Below the pieces are notes generated by a model, which saw nothing but the letters and a program-made list of their open reading frames with translations, was not told the origin of the DNA and did no database searches. Shown piece after piece: positions 9,527 to 19,707 of a DNA stretch of 64,000 bases; within the stretch, counting starts at the first letter, position 1, and each line of letters starts with the position of its first letter. The translations under genes were made by a program, and so were the position numbers. Origin of the DNA: Longimicrobiales bacterium (GTDB lineage: Bacteria > Gemmatimonadota > Gemmatimonadetes > Longimicrobiales > Gaopeijiaceae); NCBI GenBank assembly GCA_965218295.1, contig CBDCKN010000013.1, forward strand, positions 1 to 64,000, in the 5' to 3' direction.

Positions 9527-10797
9527 ATATCCGCCAGTGCGTCGGCCGGTGGGATCTTCACGGCCCGATACGCAGGGTAGAACGCCGCCAGAATCGAGGT
9601 CACCAGGAGGCCGACGGCACTGTACAGGGAGCCGTCAAGGGTATACTCCGCCCTGAGAACGGGTCGGACGACGGCCCCCGCCATCGTGAAGTCTCCGAAA
9701 ATCCGCGAGAGGTCCGGCGGATAGTTGTGAAGCCAGTACAGCACGGGCAGGGAGATGGCGACCCCGACGGCGAGGGCCAGGGTGCCGAGAATGAGCCCCT
9801 CGTAGACCACGGTTCGCGCCACGCTCATGGGCTGTGTGCCCAAGGCCCGTACGACCGCGAACTCGCGGCGCCGCTCGTACGTACTGAGGAGCATGGTGTT
9901 GGCCACCCCGAACATAGCCATCACGAAGACGATGCCCACGATGATGGCGTTCACGGCCTTGGCGAGGCTGGCGTACTCCGCCAGCTCCGCCCGGAAGATC
10001 GTCCAGGGCCGAGGGGCGATCGGATACTCGAGCTCCTGAGCTGGCAGGGCGGACCTCAGGGAATCCCCCACCTCCACAGCGCTCCAGGGATCGTCCAGTG
10101 AAGCGGCGATCTCGTGTACACGATTGGGCGGCATCGCCATCAGATCCTGAAGAGCTCCGATCGGCAGCACGGCCAGGGACCCGTCCAGGGCCGGCATCCC
10201 GGTGTCGAAGACTCCGCTGATCCTGTACAGATCGTTGCCCAGGGAGCCGTCGGTGGCCGGCACCACCAGCACGACCTCATCGCCGGGACCGACATCGAGG
10301 ATTGCGGCCATCTCGCTCCCGACCAGGATCTCCCGCTCTCCGCCTCTGGGCGGGCGCCCCTCCAATGGCATAGCGAGAAGACGGGTGACCCGGGGCTCCA
10401 GGTCGGGGTCCACACCCACCAGGACTCCGGCCACCGTCTCCCGCCCGGAGCTCACGAGGCCGCCCCCGTAGACGCGAGGCGCCGCGGCCGTCACTCCAGG
10501 AAGCGCCATCGTGGCGCGCACCAGCCCCTCGACGTCGATCCCGTCTCGACCACCGAGGGTCGAGTACATGCTTCGCTCGGGGTAGTAGTCTGGGGCGTGC
10601 ACCTGGAGCTGCCCCGAGACCAGATTGGTCCCCGTCTCGATCATCTCGGCGATCATGCCGTGCCAGGTTCCGATCATGGTCACAGACGCGAGGTACCCGA
10701 AGGCGAGGGCCGAGGCGGTGATGAGTGTGCGCTTCCAGTTCCGCCAGAGGTTCCGCCAAGCCAGCCGCCACCACACCCACCGATCTCCCACTAGCAA
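9523..10797 (-). CDS. ABC transporter permease (FtsX/MacB/LolC-E-like)
   Basis: LAWRNLWRN..RTLIT, ANTMLLSTYERRREF..RALG, YPAYRA.KI.PADAL. Confidence 0.9.
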   Translation of the reverse strand: MLVGDRWVWWRLAWRNLWRNWKRTLITASALAFGYLASVTMIGTWHGMIAEMIETGTNLVSGQLQVHAPDYYPERSMYSTLGGRDGIDVEGLVRATMALPGVTAAAPRVYGGGLVSSGRETVAGVLVGVDPDLEPRVTRLLAMPLEGRPPRGGEREILVGSEMAAILDVGPGDEVVLVVPATDGSLGNDLYRISGVFDTGMPALDGSLAVLPIGALQDLMAMPPNRVHEIAASLDDPWSAVEVGDSLRSALPAQELEYPIAPRPWTIFRAELAEYASLAKAVNAIIVGIVFVMAMFGVANTMLLSTYERRREFAVVRALGTQPMSVARTVVYEGLILGTLALAVGVAISLPVLYWLHNYPPDLSRIFGDFTMAGAVVRPVLRAEYTLDGSLYSAVGLLVTSILAAFYPAYRAVKIPPADALADI

Positions 10798-10801
10798 CTA
10801 A

Positions 10802-11572
10802 CTATCTCTGGCGACGGAGGTTGCGTAGCGAGAAAAAGTCCTCGTCCACCCCGATGTCGAACTCCAGCTCGTGATACCGGAGGACCGTGATCTCGTCCGG
10901 ATCGTCCGCCGGCTCCACGGTCATGACGGCGGGCACCAAGCGGCCGCCCATCACCAGGTGCTCGCTGAAGGTCATCGTGCGGATCAGCTCATCCGACTCG
11001 TCGTAGTATCGAGCCCACGTCGGCATGAGGTCGTCCCGTCGCACCTGGTAGCGGATCTTGCCCCAGACCACGGGCGCCTCGGGGCGAGGGAGCAGGAGAA
11101 ACTCCCAGACGTCGACGTCGCCCCTAGCACCCTCGAACTCGATCTCGATCTCGTAGTCGTCGGCGAGCGTGCTCTCCTTTACCAGGTCATCGTTGGTGAA
11201 GTGCGAGCCCATCCACGAGCCCATCATCATGGACGACGGCACCTTGATGGTGCGGTCTACCCTCGGCAGGTAGTTCCAGACCTCCTGCCCCGCCTTCAGG
11301 GTGGCAATGCCGGCCTCCTTGGCCGGTGTCTCCACCCGGACGAGCGCGTATTCGGTCCCCAGGGACCAGGCGCGGAGCGTGAGGGAGCGCTCCCAGTGCT
11401 CGGTCCGGATGTCCATGGTGAAGCGAGCCTCGCTGGACTCGCCTCTGAGCAGGCGGTCCACCTGATCGATGATCTCGCGGGCCGACTGGGCTCGGGCCGG
11501 CAAAGGTGTCAGGACGCAAAGAAAAGCGGCCAACAGTGTCGCGACTGCGGGCCGGGACCGAAAGGAAGTCAT
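10802..11572 (-). CDS. Outer-membrane lipoprotein-sorting (LolA-like) protein
   Basis: Signal peptide; P.KEAG.ATLK…WNYLPRVDRTIK…SWMGSHFTNDDL…FSLRNL. Confidence 0.85.
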   Translation of the reverse strand: MTSFRSRPAVATLLAAFLCVLTPLPARAQSAREIIDQVDRLLRGESSEARFTMDIRTEHWERSLTLRAWSLGTEYALVRVETPAKEAGIATLKAGQEVWNYLPRVDRTIKVPSSMMMGSWMGSHFTNDDLVKESTLADDYEIEIEFEGARGDVDVWEFLLLPRPEAPVVWGKIRYQVRRDDLMPTWARYYDESDELIRTMTFSEHLVMGGRLVPAVMTVEPADDPDEITVLRYHELEFDIGVDEDFFSLRNLRRQR

Positions 11573-11988
11573 GGTCCTTCAGGGGGTGGGCCCTCGAACG
11601 TGTAGCACCACGCCTCACCCTCGAGAACCGTCTCCCCATCCTGTCGCCGGACCGTGACGGTCAAGTTGGTCACCGGCTTCGTCTCGTGGACGCTCAGGAC
11701 CTCCGCTTCGGCGGTTATCGTGTCACCGATGAAGACGGGGGCGGTGAACTTCCACTCCTGGCTCATGAAGACGGTGCCGGGACCCGGTATGTCCATGGCG
11801 ACGAGGGCATGCAGCAGGCCTGTGGTTAGGCCCCCCTGCACCACCAGCTCGCCGAACGGCGTGGCAGCCGCAAAGTCCTCGTCGAAGTGCAGGGGGTTGT
11901 GGTCTCCGCTCAAAGCGGCGAACTGGGCTACGTGTGTGGATGTGAGCGTGATACTGCGAGAAGCTCGGTCGCCAACGCGCACATTCAT
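11569..11988 (-). CDS. MaoC-family (R)-enoyl-CoA hydratase/dehydratase
   Basis: FAALSGDHNPLHFDEDFA…PGPGTVFMSQEWKFTAPVFIGDTITA. Confidence 0.9.
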   Translation of the reverse strand: MNVRVGDRASRSITLTSTHVAQFAALSGDHNPLHFDEDFAAATPFGELVVQGGLTTGLLHALVAMDIPGPGTVFMSQEWKFTAPVFIGDTITAEAEVLSVHETKPVTNLTVTVRRQDGETVLEGEAWCYTFEGPPPEGP

Positions 11989-12164
11989 GGGCTTGGTCCG
12001 GTCGCGGTTTCCAGGTGCCTCGAAAGCTAGTCGAGTGCCCCGTTCCAGGGCAGGTAGCCACCAATATCGGATAAGGCACGCTCTTGAACTCGGCCATGAA
12101 TGGGGGCATCCTGGAGACACAACCGCCTGACCTCCCTTGGATCGAACCGAGTGGAATAACCGTC

Positions 12165-13256
12165 ATGAGGCTCAAGACCAGCCCGGCCATCGAGGAAGCC
12201 CTGATCGCGATCGGCCTGCTAGGCGCCGCGATCTACCTGTATTACGTCATAGCGTTCTGGGGCCTGGCCGATCGCTTTCAACCAGGCGTGTTCAGAGACT
12301 ACGTCACGGGGGCGGGGGTGCAGGTGGAGATGTTCGTGGTGTGGGTCGGCTTCGGGGTCGCCGTCGCGGCCACCAACACGTGGCTGCAATCCCCGCGCCT
12401 TCGTGAGCGTCCCTTCGGGCAGATCATTCTGATCAGAAGTGGGATTTATCTGGCGGCGTTCTTCGTCGTCAGCGGTGCCGTTCACGTGATCCTGGGACTC
12501 TTCGTCCTCTCGGAGGCGGACCACATGGCGTTGATGGCTACTCTCAGCGGTCGGTTCGTCGTGTCGGCCTCGAGCTCGTTCGTTCTGAGCGTCGTCGGAG
12601 TCAACTTCCTCCTCGAGGTCCGCCGGAAGGTTGGTCCCGGCAACCTGATCGCTCTTCTCACGGGGCGTTATCACCGACCGAAAGATGAGGAGAGGTTGTT
12701 CCTGTTCCTGGATCTCAAGGACTCGACCGCGATCGCGGAGTCGTTGGGGCACAATGCGTACAGCCAGTTCCTGCGGTCCTGCTTTCAGGATCTCACGGCA
12801 TTTGTGCTCCGGTACGGAGCCCAGATCTATCAGTACGTGGGAGACGAGGTGGTCCTCACGTGGGCGAGCACTAAGCCGCACTCGAAAGAGAGCTGCCTCC
12901 AGACGTTCTTCGCCTTTCAAAACGAGCTCGAGCGGAAGAGCCACTGGTACCGCTCCAAGTTCGGCCTCGCACCGGAGTTCCGGGCTGGGGTGGATATGGG
13001 GACCGTCACCGTTGCAGAGGTCGGAGACGTAAAGCGGGAGATCGCCTACCACGGCGACCCCCTCAACACGGCCGCCCGGCTTCTGGAGCTCTGCAAGCAG
13101 TTCGGTCGCAGCATTCTGATCACCGGAGAGTTCGAAAAGGCGATATCGCGATCTCCGGACTTTCTCACGGAATGGCAGGGGGAACTCACTCTCAGGGGGA
13201 AGTCGGAGGACGTCGCCGTCTACGGAGTCTCCCTGCAGGTGGCGCCGAGCGCGTAG
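12165..13256 (+). CDS. Membrane-bound class III adenylate/guanylate cyclase
   Basis: About four TM helices, then FLFLDLKDSTAIAE, YQYVGDEVV, YHGDPLNTAARL, LRGK. Confidence 0.9.
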   Translation: MRLKTSPAIEEALIAIGLLGAAIYLYYVIAFWGLADRFQPGVFRDYVTGAGVQVEMFVVWVGFGVAVAATNTWLQSPRLRERPFGQIILIRSGIYLAAFFVVSGAVHVILGLFVLSEADHMALMATLSGRFVVSASSSFVLSVVGVNFLLEVRRKVGPGNLIALLTGRYHRPKDEERLFLFLDLKDSTAIAESLGHNAYSQFLRSCFQDLTAFVLRYGAQIYQYVGDEVVLTWASTKPHSKESCLQTFFAFQNELERKSHWYRSKFGLAPEFRAGVDMGTVTVAEVGDVKREIAYHGDPLNTAARLLELCKQFGRSILITGEFEKAISRSPDFLTEWQGELTLRGKSEDVAVYGVSLQVAPSA

Positions 13257-13323
13257 CAGGGATCGTCCCGACGGGCGCGCCGTGGGAGCCCTCGGTCAGC
13301 CCACCTCGCGTCTCACCTAATCG

Positions 13324-13380
13324 TTGCACAACAGCAACTTTCGGTTTATATTCGGTTTCTTTCCCAAACAAAAACCGAAA
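13324..13380 (+). promoter_or_regulatory. sigma70-type promoter with overlapping candidate operator (copy 2), upstream of dnaE2
   Basis: TTGCAC(13324)-N17-TATATT(13347); 21-mer identical to 903-923 at 13337-13357; ACCGAAA at 13374-13380. Confidence 0.75.
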
Positions 13381-13383
13381 ATC

Positions 13384-16300
13384 GTGTCCACACCTCCCTA
13401 CATCGAGCTCCACGTCATTCCGGCTTTTCCTTCCTGGACGGGGCCTCCCATCCCGAGGAGCTGGGCTATCCGGCCCTGGCCCTCACCGATCACAACGGAC
13501 TGTACGGCTCCATGGAGTTCGCGCAGACAGCCCGGGCCGAGGGGCTCCAGCCCATCACGGGTGCCGAGGTCACCGTGGCCCTGGACATCCCGGGGATCCC
13601 CTAGGGCCTGGACGGACTCGACGCGGCGGACCCGGACGGTGATCCGCTGATTCGTGGCTGTCACATGACCCTCCTGGCCGAGACCCCGGCCGGGTATGCC
13701 AACCTGTGCCGGCTCCTGAGCGAGGCGCATCTGGAGAGTGAGCGCGGCCGCCCCACCCTTCCCCTCTCCTCCCTCTTCGCCCGCACGGAGGGCCTCATCG
13801 CCCTCACCGGGTGCCGGCAAGGTCCCCTCCTGGTCGCCCTGGAAGACAGCGTGGCCACCGCGGAGCTCCTGGCCCGGCGCCTTCAGAGCGCCTTCGGATT
13901 TGGGCGGCTCTTCGTCGAGCTCCAGGACAACCAGGAAAAGGGGGACGGCTACCGGAACCGGAGCCTTGGCCGCCTGGCCGATCGTCTCGGGATTCCCGTG
14001 GTGGCCACCGGCAACGTCCACTACCACCGTCCCGAGCGGCATCGGCTGCAGGACGTCTTCGTATCGATCCGGAACCGGACCACCCTGAACGGATCGCACG
14101 CGCAGAGGCGCTCCAACGCGCGCTTCTACCTGGCCTCCCCGGAAGAAATGGCGAGCCGCTTCCCGGGCCGCCCCGACGCCCTGGCCCACACCCTGGAGAT
14201 CGCCGAGCGATGCGCCGCCTTCGACCTCACCCAGGATCTGGGATACACCTTCCCCGACTTCGAGGGGAGCGATCGTGGAGGAGCTCTGGAGACCCTGGTC
14301 GCCGTCTGCCTGGCGAAGCTGGCCGAGCGTTATGGCGGCTTGAAGTTGGAAGACGAAGCACGGGAGCGGCTCCATCAGGAGCTCGGGCTCGTGGATCTGC
14401 ACGGCCTGGCCGGCTTCTTCCTCGTCTACCGCGACATCATGGAGCTGGCCCGCGAGGTGGCCGCCGAGATCCGGGGAACCGCGCCGCGGGCCCAAGCAGG
14501 ACTGCCGCCGGGGCGGGGGCGAGGATCGTCGGTCTCGTCTATCATCTGTTATCTAATCGGCCTGTCCCACGTGGATCCGGTGAAGACGAACCTCTTCCTT
14601 GGGCGCTTTCTGAACGAAGCGATGCGGAGCGTCCCGGACATCGACCTCGACTTCCCACGGGACATCCGCGAAGAGCTGATCCTGCGGGTCTACCAGCGCT
14701 ACGGCAACGAGCACGCCGGCCTCGTGTGCGCCTTCCCTACGTACCGGATCCGCTCCACGCTCCGTGAGATCGGTAAGGCCTTGGACCTCCCCATGGGCGA
14801 CCTGGAGAAGCTCTCGAAGCTGGCGGAGCATCGCTCGGGCGGAGGCCTCATGGAAGAGCTCCGCAGGCTGCCGGAATTCCGCGAAAAGGCCGAGTCACCC
14901 TCGTGGAAGGCGCTGTGTGAGCTGGCCGACGACATCAAGGGCCTTCCCCGCCACATCTCCCAGCACGTGGGCGGAATGATCATCTCCAGCAGGCCTCTCG
15001 TGGAGATCGTTCCCCTGGAGCCGGCGGCGTGGGAGGGCCGGGTCCTCTGCCAGTGGGACAAGGACTCCTGTGACGATGCCGGGTTCATCAAGATCGACTT
15101 CCTGGCCCTGGGCATGCTCTCGCTGGTGGAAGAGGCGGTGGACCTCATCTCGGAGCGCCACGGCCAAGCCCCCGACCTCTCCCGCATCGACTTCGCCGAT
15201 CAGGCGGTCTACGAGCGCATCTGCTCGGGTGACACCATCGGCATGTTCCAGGTAGAGAGCCGGGCCCAGATACAGATGCTTCGGCGCGTTCAGCCCCGGA
15301 ATCTGGAGGACCTGGCGATCCAGGTGGCCATCGTCCGGCCCGGCCCCATCGTCGGAGGCGCGGTCAACCCGTACGTGCGACGCAGGGAGTTCCTGCGCGA
15401 AGACCCCGACTTCCGGGTGCCGTACGACCATCCTCTACTGGAAAAGGCCCTGGGTGAGACGCTGGGCGTCATCATCTTCCAGGATCAGGTCCTCAAGGTC
15501 TGCCAGGCCCTGGCGGGGTTTTCCGACGGCCAGGCGGAGAGCCTGCGGCGCTCCATGAGCCGTAAGCGCTCCAAGGAGGCCATGGACTCGCACTGGGACA
15601 CCTTCCGGGACGGGACACGGGCACGGGGAGTCGACGAGGTCACGGCCCAGAAGGTCTTCCAGCAGGTGACGGCGTTCAGCGAGTTCGGCTTTCCCAAGTC
15701 GCACGCGGCGGCGTTCGGCCTCCTGGCCTACCAGTCGGCGTGGCTCCGCTACTACTACGGCACCGAGTTCTACGTGGGCCTCTTCAACAACCAGCCCATG
15801 GGCTTCTACTCCCTGGACGCCCTGGGCCGGGACGCCCGGCGCCACGGCATCGGAATCCGCCTTCCGGACGTGAATCGAAGCCGGGTGAAGTGCACGGCCG
15901 AGGACGCCGATCTGAGGGTCGGCCTGGGGTTCGTCCGAGGCTGGGGCACCGACATCGCCGAGCGGGTGGTGGTGGAGCGGGAGCGGAACGGGACTTTCCT
16001 GTCGCTCTCCGACTTCCTCCGGCGGACACCGGCGACCCTGAAGAGGCCGGCGGTGGAGAACCTGATCTGGGTGGGAGGCTTCGAGAACTTCGGCCTCACG
16101 CGGAGAGAGCTCCTGTGGCAGGCCGGCCTCTGGCTCGGTCCCGAGGACGATGCGGAGCGGAGCGGGGGACGGGACGACCACCCCCAGGCCGAGTTGGGCC
16201 TGGGCGATCCCTACGCACGCATCGCGTTCTCCGACCTCGAGGACACGGAGCGAATGGTGGCGGAGTACCGCATGCTCCGCTTCTCCACGAAGCTCCATCC

Positions 16301-16760
16301 CCTGGCCCTACTCCGGGACGAGCTTCCTTCCGAGACCGTCACCGGCGATCGATTCCCAGACCTTCCGAACCACTCCACCGTGACGGTGGCAGGCATCGTG
16401 GTGGCACGCCAAAGGCCCTCTACCGCAAATGGCTATGTCTTTGTCTTGATGGAAGATGAGTCCGGTCTCATAAACGTGATTGTGAAGCCCACGATCTATG
16501 AAAAATGTCGCACGACGGTGCGGATGGAGCCCTTCCTGGTGGTTCGGGGGCGCCTGCAGAAAGACGGGCTGACCATGAACGTGATCGCGTTCGACGTGAA
16601 GGCCGTACGGGTGCGTGAGACCGCCCGGCCCGAGGAGGTCCACTCTACCCTCCCCGGCGCGCTGGAGTGGTGGGCCGAGCCGGAGCGCGGAGTCCGGACT
16701 CCTTTCCGGTATCTGACGGCGCTGAGACAGTCCCCCCCAGGGGTGAAAAACTTCGGATGA
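13384..16760 (+). pseudogene. dnaE2: Error-prone DNA polymerase DnaE2/ImuC with disrupted PHP N-terminus
   Basis: YIELH|HSGFSFLDGASHPEEL|GYPALALTDHNGLYG is split by a frameshift at ~13414, with an apparent short deletion at ~13460 and an in-frame TAG at 13602-13604. The rest (13665-16760) is open with GRGSS, PDIDLDF, PRHISQHVGG, QWDKD, FGFPKSHA, NNQPMGFY, RQRPSTA. Confidence 0.9.
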
Positions 16761-16784
16761 CGAAGGATCCTAAGGGTCGCCCCC

Positions 16785-18767
16785 CTAAGGGTCGCCCCTC
16801 CACGTGTTGTTCGTGCGGTCCACGTCGGGGAAGAACATCTCGGGGTCGATGTCCACCCGGACCACAGCGCCCATCGACTCCGGTATCACGATCTCGAAGT
16901 CCGTCTCCCCGCTGAGCCAAACGTCCACGGGCACCTCTTGCTCGATCACCCCACCCCTGGAGGTACGGATCCTCACGAGAGCAGGCATGGGGGCGAACCC
17001 CCGATCCTCGATGACGACCACCGAGCCCTCGCTACCCTCGCGAACCTCACCTACGGCATGATCCAGCCGCCAGGTCTCGAAGTACCATGAGCTCCAGAAC
17101 CAATCCAGGTCCTGCCCGGCGACGCGCTCGAAGGTGTTGAAGAAGTCCCACGGCGACGGGTGCTTGAACGACCAGTCCTGGATGAACGAGCGGTAGGCCT
17201 CCATGAAGACCTCCTCACCCAGGAGGTTCTTCAACGTGACGAGGAGCGTGGCCGGCTTCGAGTACGAGGCTGTGGAATAGCCCGGACCCGGCACGTAGTA
17301 GTCGCCGTGGCGCATCATGTCCTGCTCGCCTTCCAGCCGGGCGATGCGCAGGTAGCTCACCGCTTCCAGACTGTCGGCATTGGATTCGGGCCAGAACTCG
17401 GGGCGCCCGCTGTTCTCCAGGAACGTCGTGGATCCCTCGTCCATCCAGGCATACCGGCGCTCGTTCGTGCCCACGATCATGGGGATCCACATATGCCCCA
17501 GCTCGTGTGACGTGACTCCGTAGAGCGCCTCAGCACCCACGCCATTGTAATCTCCGATCAGCGTGAGCATGGGGAATTCCATCCCCCCCGAGACGATGTC
17601 ATCGCCTTCCACGGACGTCATGTGGGGCCAGGGATAGACGAGCCCAGTGAAGCGGGAGTGGTGCTCGATGGCGTGCTTCCCGTAGCGGGCTTGATCGGCC
17701 CACAGTGGGGCCCGCGCGTCACGCCAGAACGAATGGATCTTCACCCGGTCCTCGGCCCCGTCTCCATCCCGGTCTGCGACCACGGCGCTGGTGGCGTCCC
17801 ACACCTGTACATCAGACGTGGTCCAAGTGAAGTCACGCACGTTGGACGCCGTGAAGCGGTAGGTGAGGCTCTCGGAACCGGTCGCGGTGACGGTGTGGTC
17901 ACGCCGGTCGATCCGCGTGGCGACATGAACGACAGTATCGGCCCCGGCCGCCACTTCGAGGCGTGCGTTGGTTTGGGTCGAGAACACCTCATCGGCATTC
18001 TCGAGCTCGCCGGTGGCCATCACGGTCCACCCCGTCGGGACGGTCAACGAGACATCGTAGTCCCCATACCCATCGTAGAACTCGGCATTGCCGCGGTACG
18101 ATTCGAAGTCCCAGCCCAGCAGATCGTCCAGAACGGCCACCTTGGGAAACCAGTAGGCCACGAAGTAGATCTCGCGGTCGGAGTGCCCCATGCGCCCCGC
18201 CCCGTTCTGGGGGAGGGTTACGGTCCACTCCAGCTCCAGCTCCACCTCGCCGTCATCGGGCACGGGCTCGGGAGGCCGGATCGCAAGCACGGTCCCGTCC
18301 ACCACCCAGGCGGGTCGCGCCTGCGGATTACCCACCGGAAGCTCGACTCCATCCACCACAACCCGCGACAGCGCGACACCGCCCGTGACTTCCTACGCCT
18401 CGTATCGGACAGCCCCCACTTGATGGATGTTCTGGTAGAGGTTCAGGACGACGAAACGGACATCGCCGGGCGCTCGGTTGAAATACCGAATGGTCTCGCG
18501 ACCCTCGAGAATTCCGGTCTCGGGGTCCAGGGAGGCCTCGATGTCGTACACCGCGTGATTCTGCCAGTACTCGGGACCCGGGCGTCCGTCTTCGGTTCGG
18601 GTCCCGCGCTCCAGGGCCTGCCGGAAGAAGCGGGGTGGCACCACCGGGCCCGGGATGGGGCGCTCGATCTTCACGGTGGCCTGGGTCTCGAAGACCTGAG
18701 CGCCGGCGGAGGTAGGTCCGGCCAAGCCGGTGAGGATGACCGATACACAAACCCGTCCCCGTCTCAC
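16785..18767 (-). pseudogene. M1-family zinc metallopeptidase with one in-frame TAG
   Basis: PGPEYWQNHAVYDI, GGMEFPML, HELGH…WMDEG. ORFs 18393-18767 and 16785-18359 are in the same frame, joined across TAG 18393-18395 (…RYEA*EVTGGV…). Confidence 0.88.
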
Positions 18768-19654
18768 GCTGATCGCTCCGCCCTTTCGAGGTAGAACCTC
18801 ATGCCGTCCCAGTCACCGGCGGCCGTAAAGGCATCGAAGTAACCGTCGATCTCGTCTCTCGGTCGGAACTCGGCGAGCTCCTCCCTTACCTCCGACTCGA
18901 AGACCCCCCGGTCGCTGTCGTCACCTGTCGTCATCGCTTCCTTCACACGCTCCTGGAGCGCCAACAGCCGCTCACGCATCTGCCGCACGCGACCCGCGAA
19001 GTCCTCGTGCAATCCGAAGTGCCCCGGACCGATGAGGTCGGGTCGGATGGGCTCGATCTCGTCCAGGGTCTGGAGCCACGCGGGCACGCTAAGGCTGGGC
19101 GGGGGAGTCGGTGGATGCGTCGGTGCACCGGGGGCGAGAATGACGCCCAGTGTGTCACCCGCCAGGAAGATCCCGTCCCCCTCCGCAAGGTACGACACAT
19201 GATGCGCGATATGACCGGGAGTCGGGAACACCCGTACTCCGGGAACCGGGAACCGAGTCGACGGCTCCCAAGCCCGGATGCGCTCCTTGGGAACAGGAAG
19301 CATCTCGCCCCAGAGCCGGTCGTGGTTGTCCCCGAAGGTCCGTCGGGTGCTGGACACGAGCCGCTCGGGATCCACCATGTGCGGTGCGCCATCGACGTGG
19401 ACGTGGACCACGAGATGAGGGTAGCGCTGGACCAGGTGCCCGGTGCAGCCGGCGTGGTCCAGGTGCACGTGGGTGAGCAGCAGATGACAGACGTCAGCCA
19501 GCCCCAGGCCCTGCGCCGCGAGTCCGGCTTCGAGTCCCTGGAGAGACGTGCTCGGACCCGGATCCACGACGGCCGGCTCGGTCCCGTCGATCCAGTACGA
19601 CGAGATCATCCGGGGGTGGTCGAGGTGCACCAGGTCAATGGGGATGACCGACAT
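18764..19654 (-). CDS. MBL-fold metallo-hydrolase
   Basis: THVHLDHAG, TPGHIAHH, AGD, GHFG. Confidence 0.92.
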   Translation of the reverse strand: MSVIPIDLVHLDHPRMISSYWIDGTEPAVVDPGPSTSLQGLEAGLAAQGLGLADVCHLLLTHVHLDHAGCTGHLVQRYPHLVVHVHVDGAPHMVDPERLVSSTRRTFGDNHDRLWGEMLPVPKERIRAWEPSTRFPVPGVRVFPTPGHIAHHVSYLAEGDGIFLAGDTLGVILAPGAPTHPPTPPPSLSVPAWLQTLDEIEPIRPDLIGPGHFGLHEDFAGRVRQMRERLLALQERVKEAMTTGDDSDRGVFESEVREELAEFRPRDEIDGYFDAFTAAGDWDGMRFYLERAERSA

Positions 19655-19707
19655 GCTTCCCCCTTAGTGGCGACCGTCCGAAGAGGCGACCGTCCGAGCG
19701 TGCCCGA

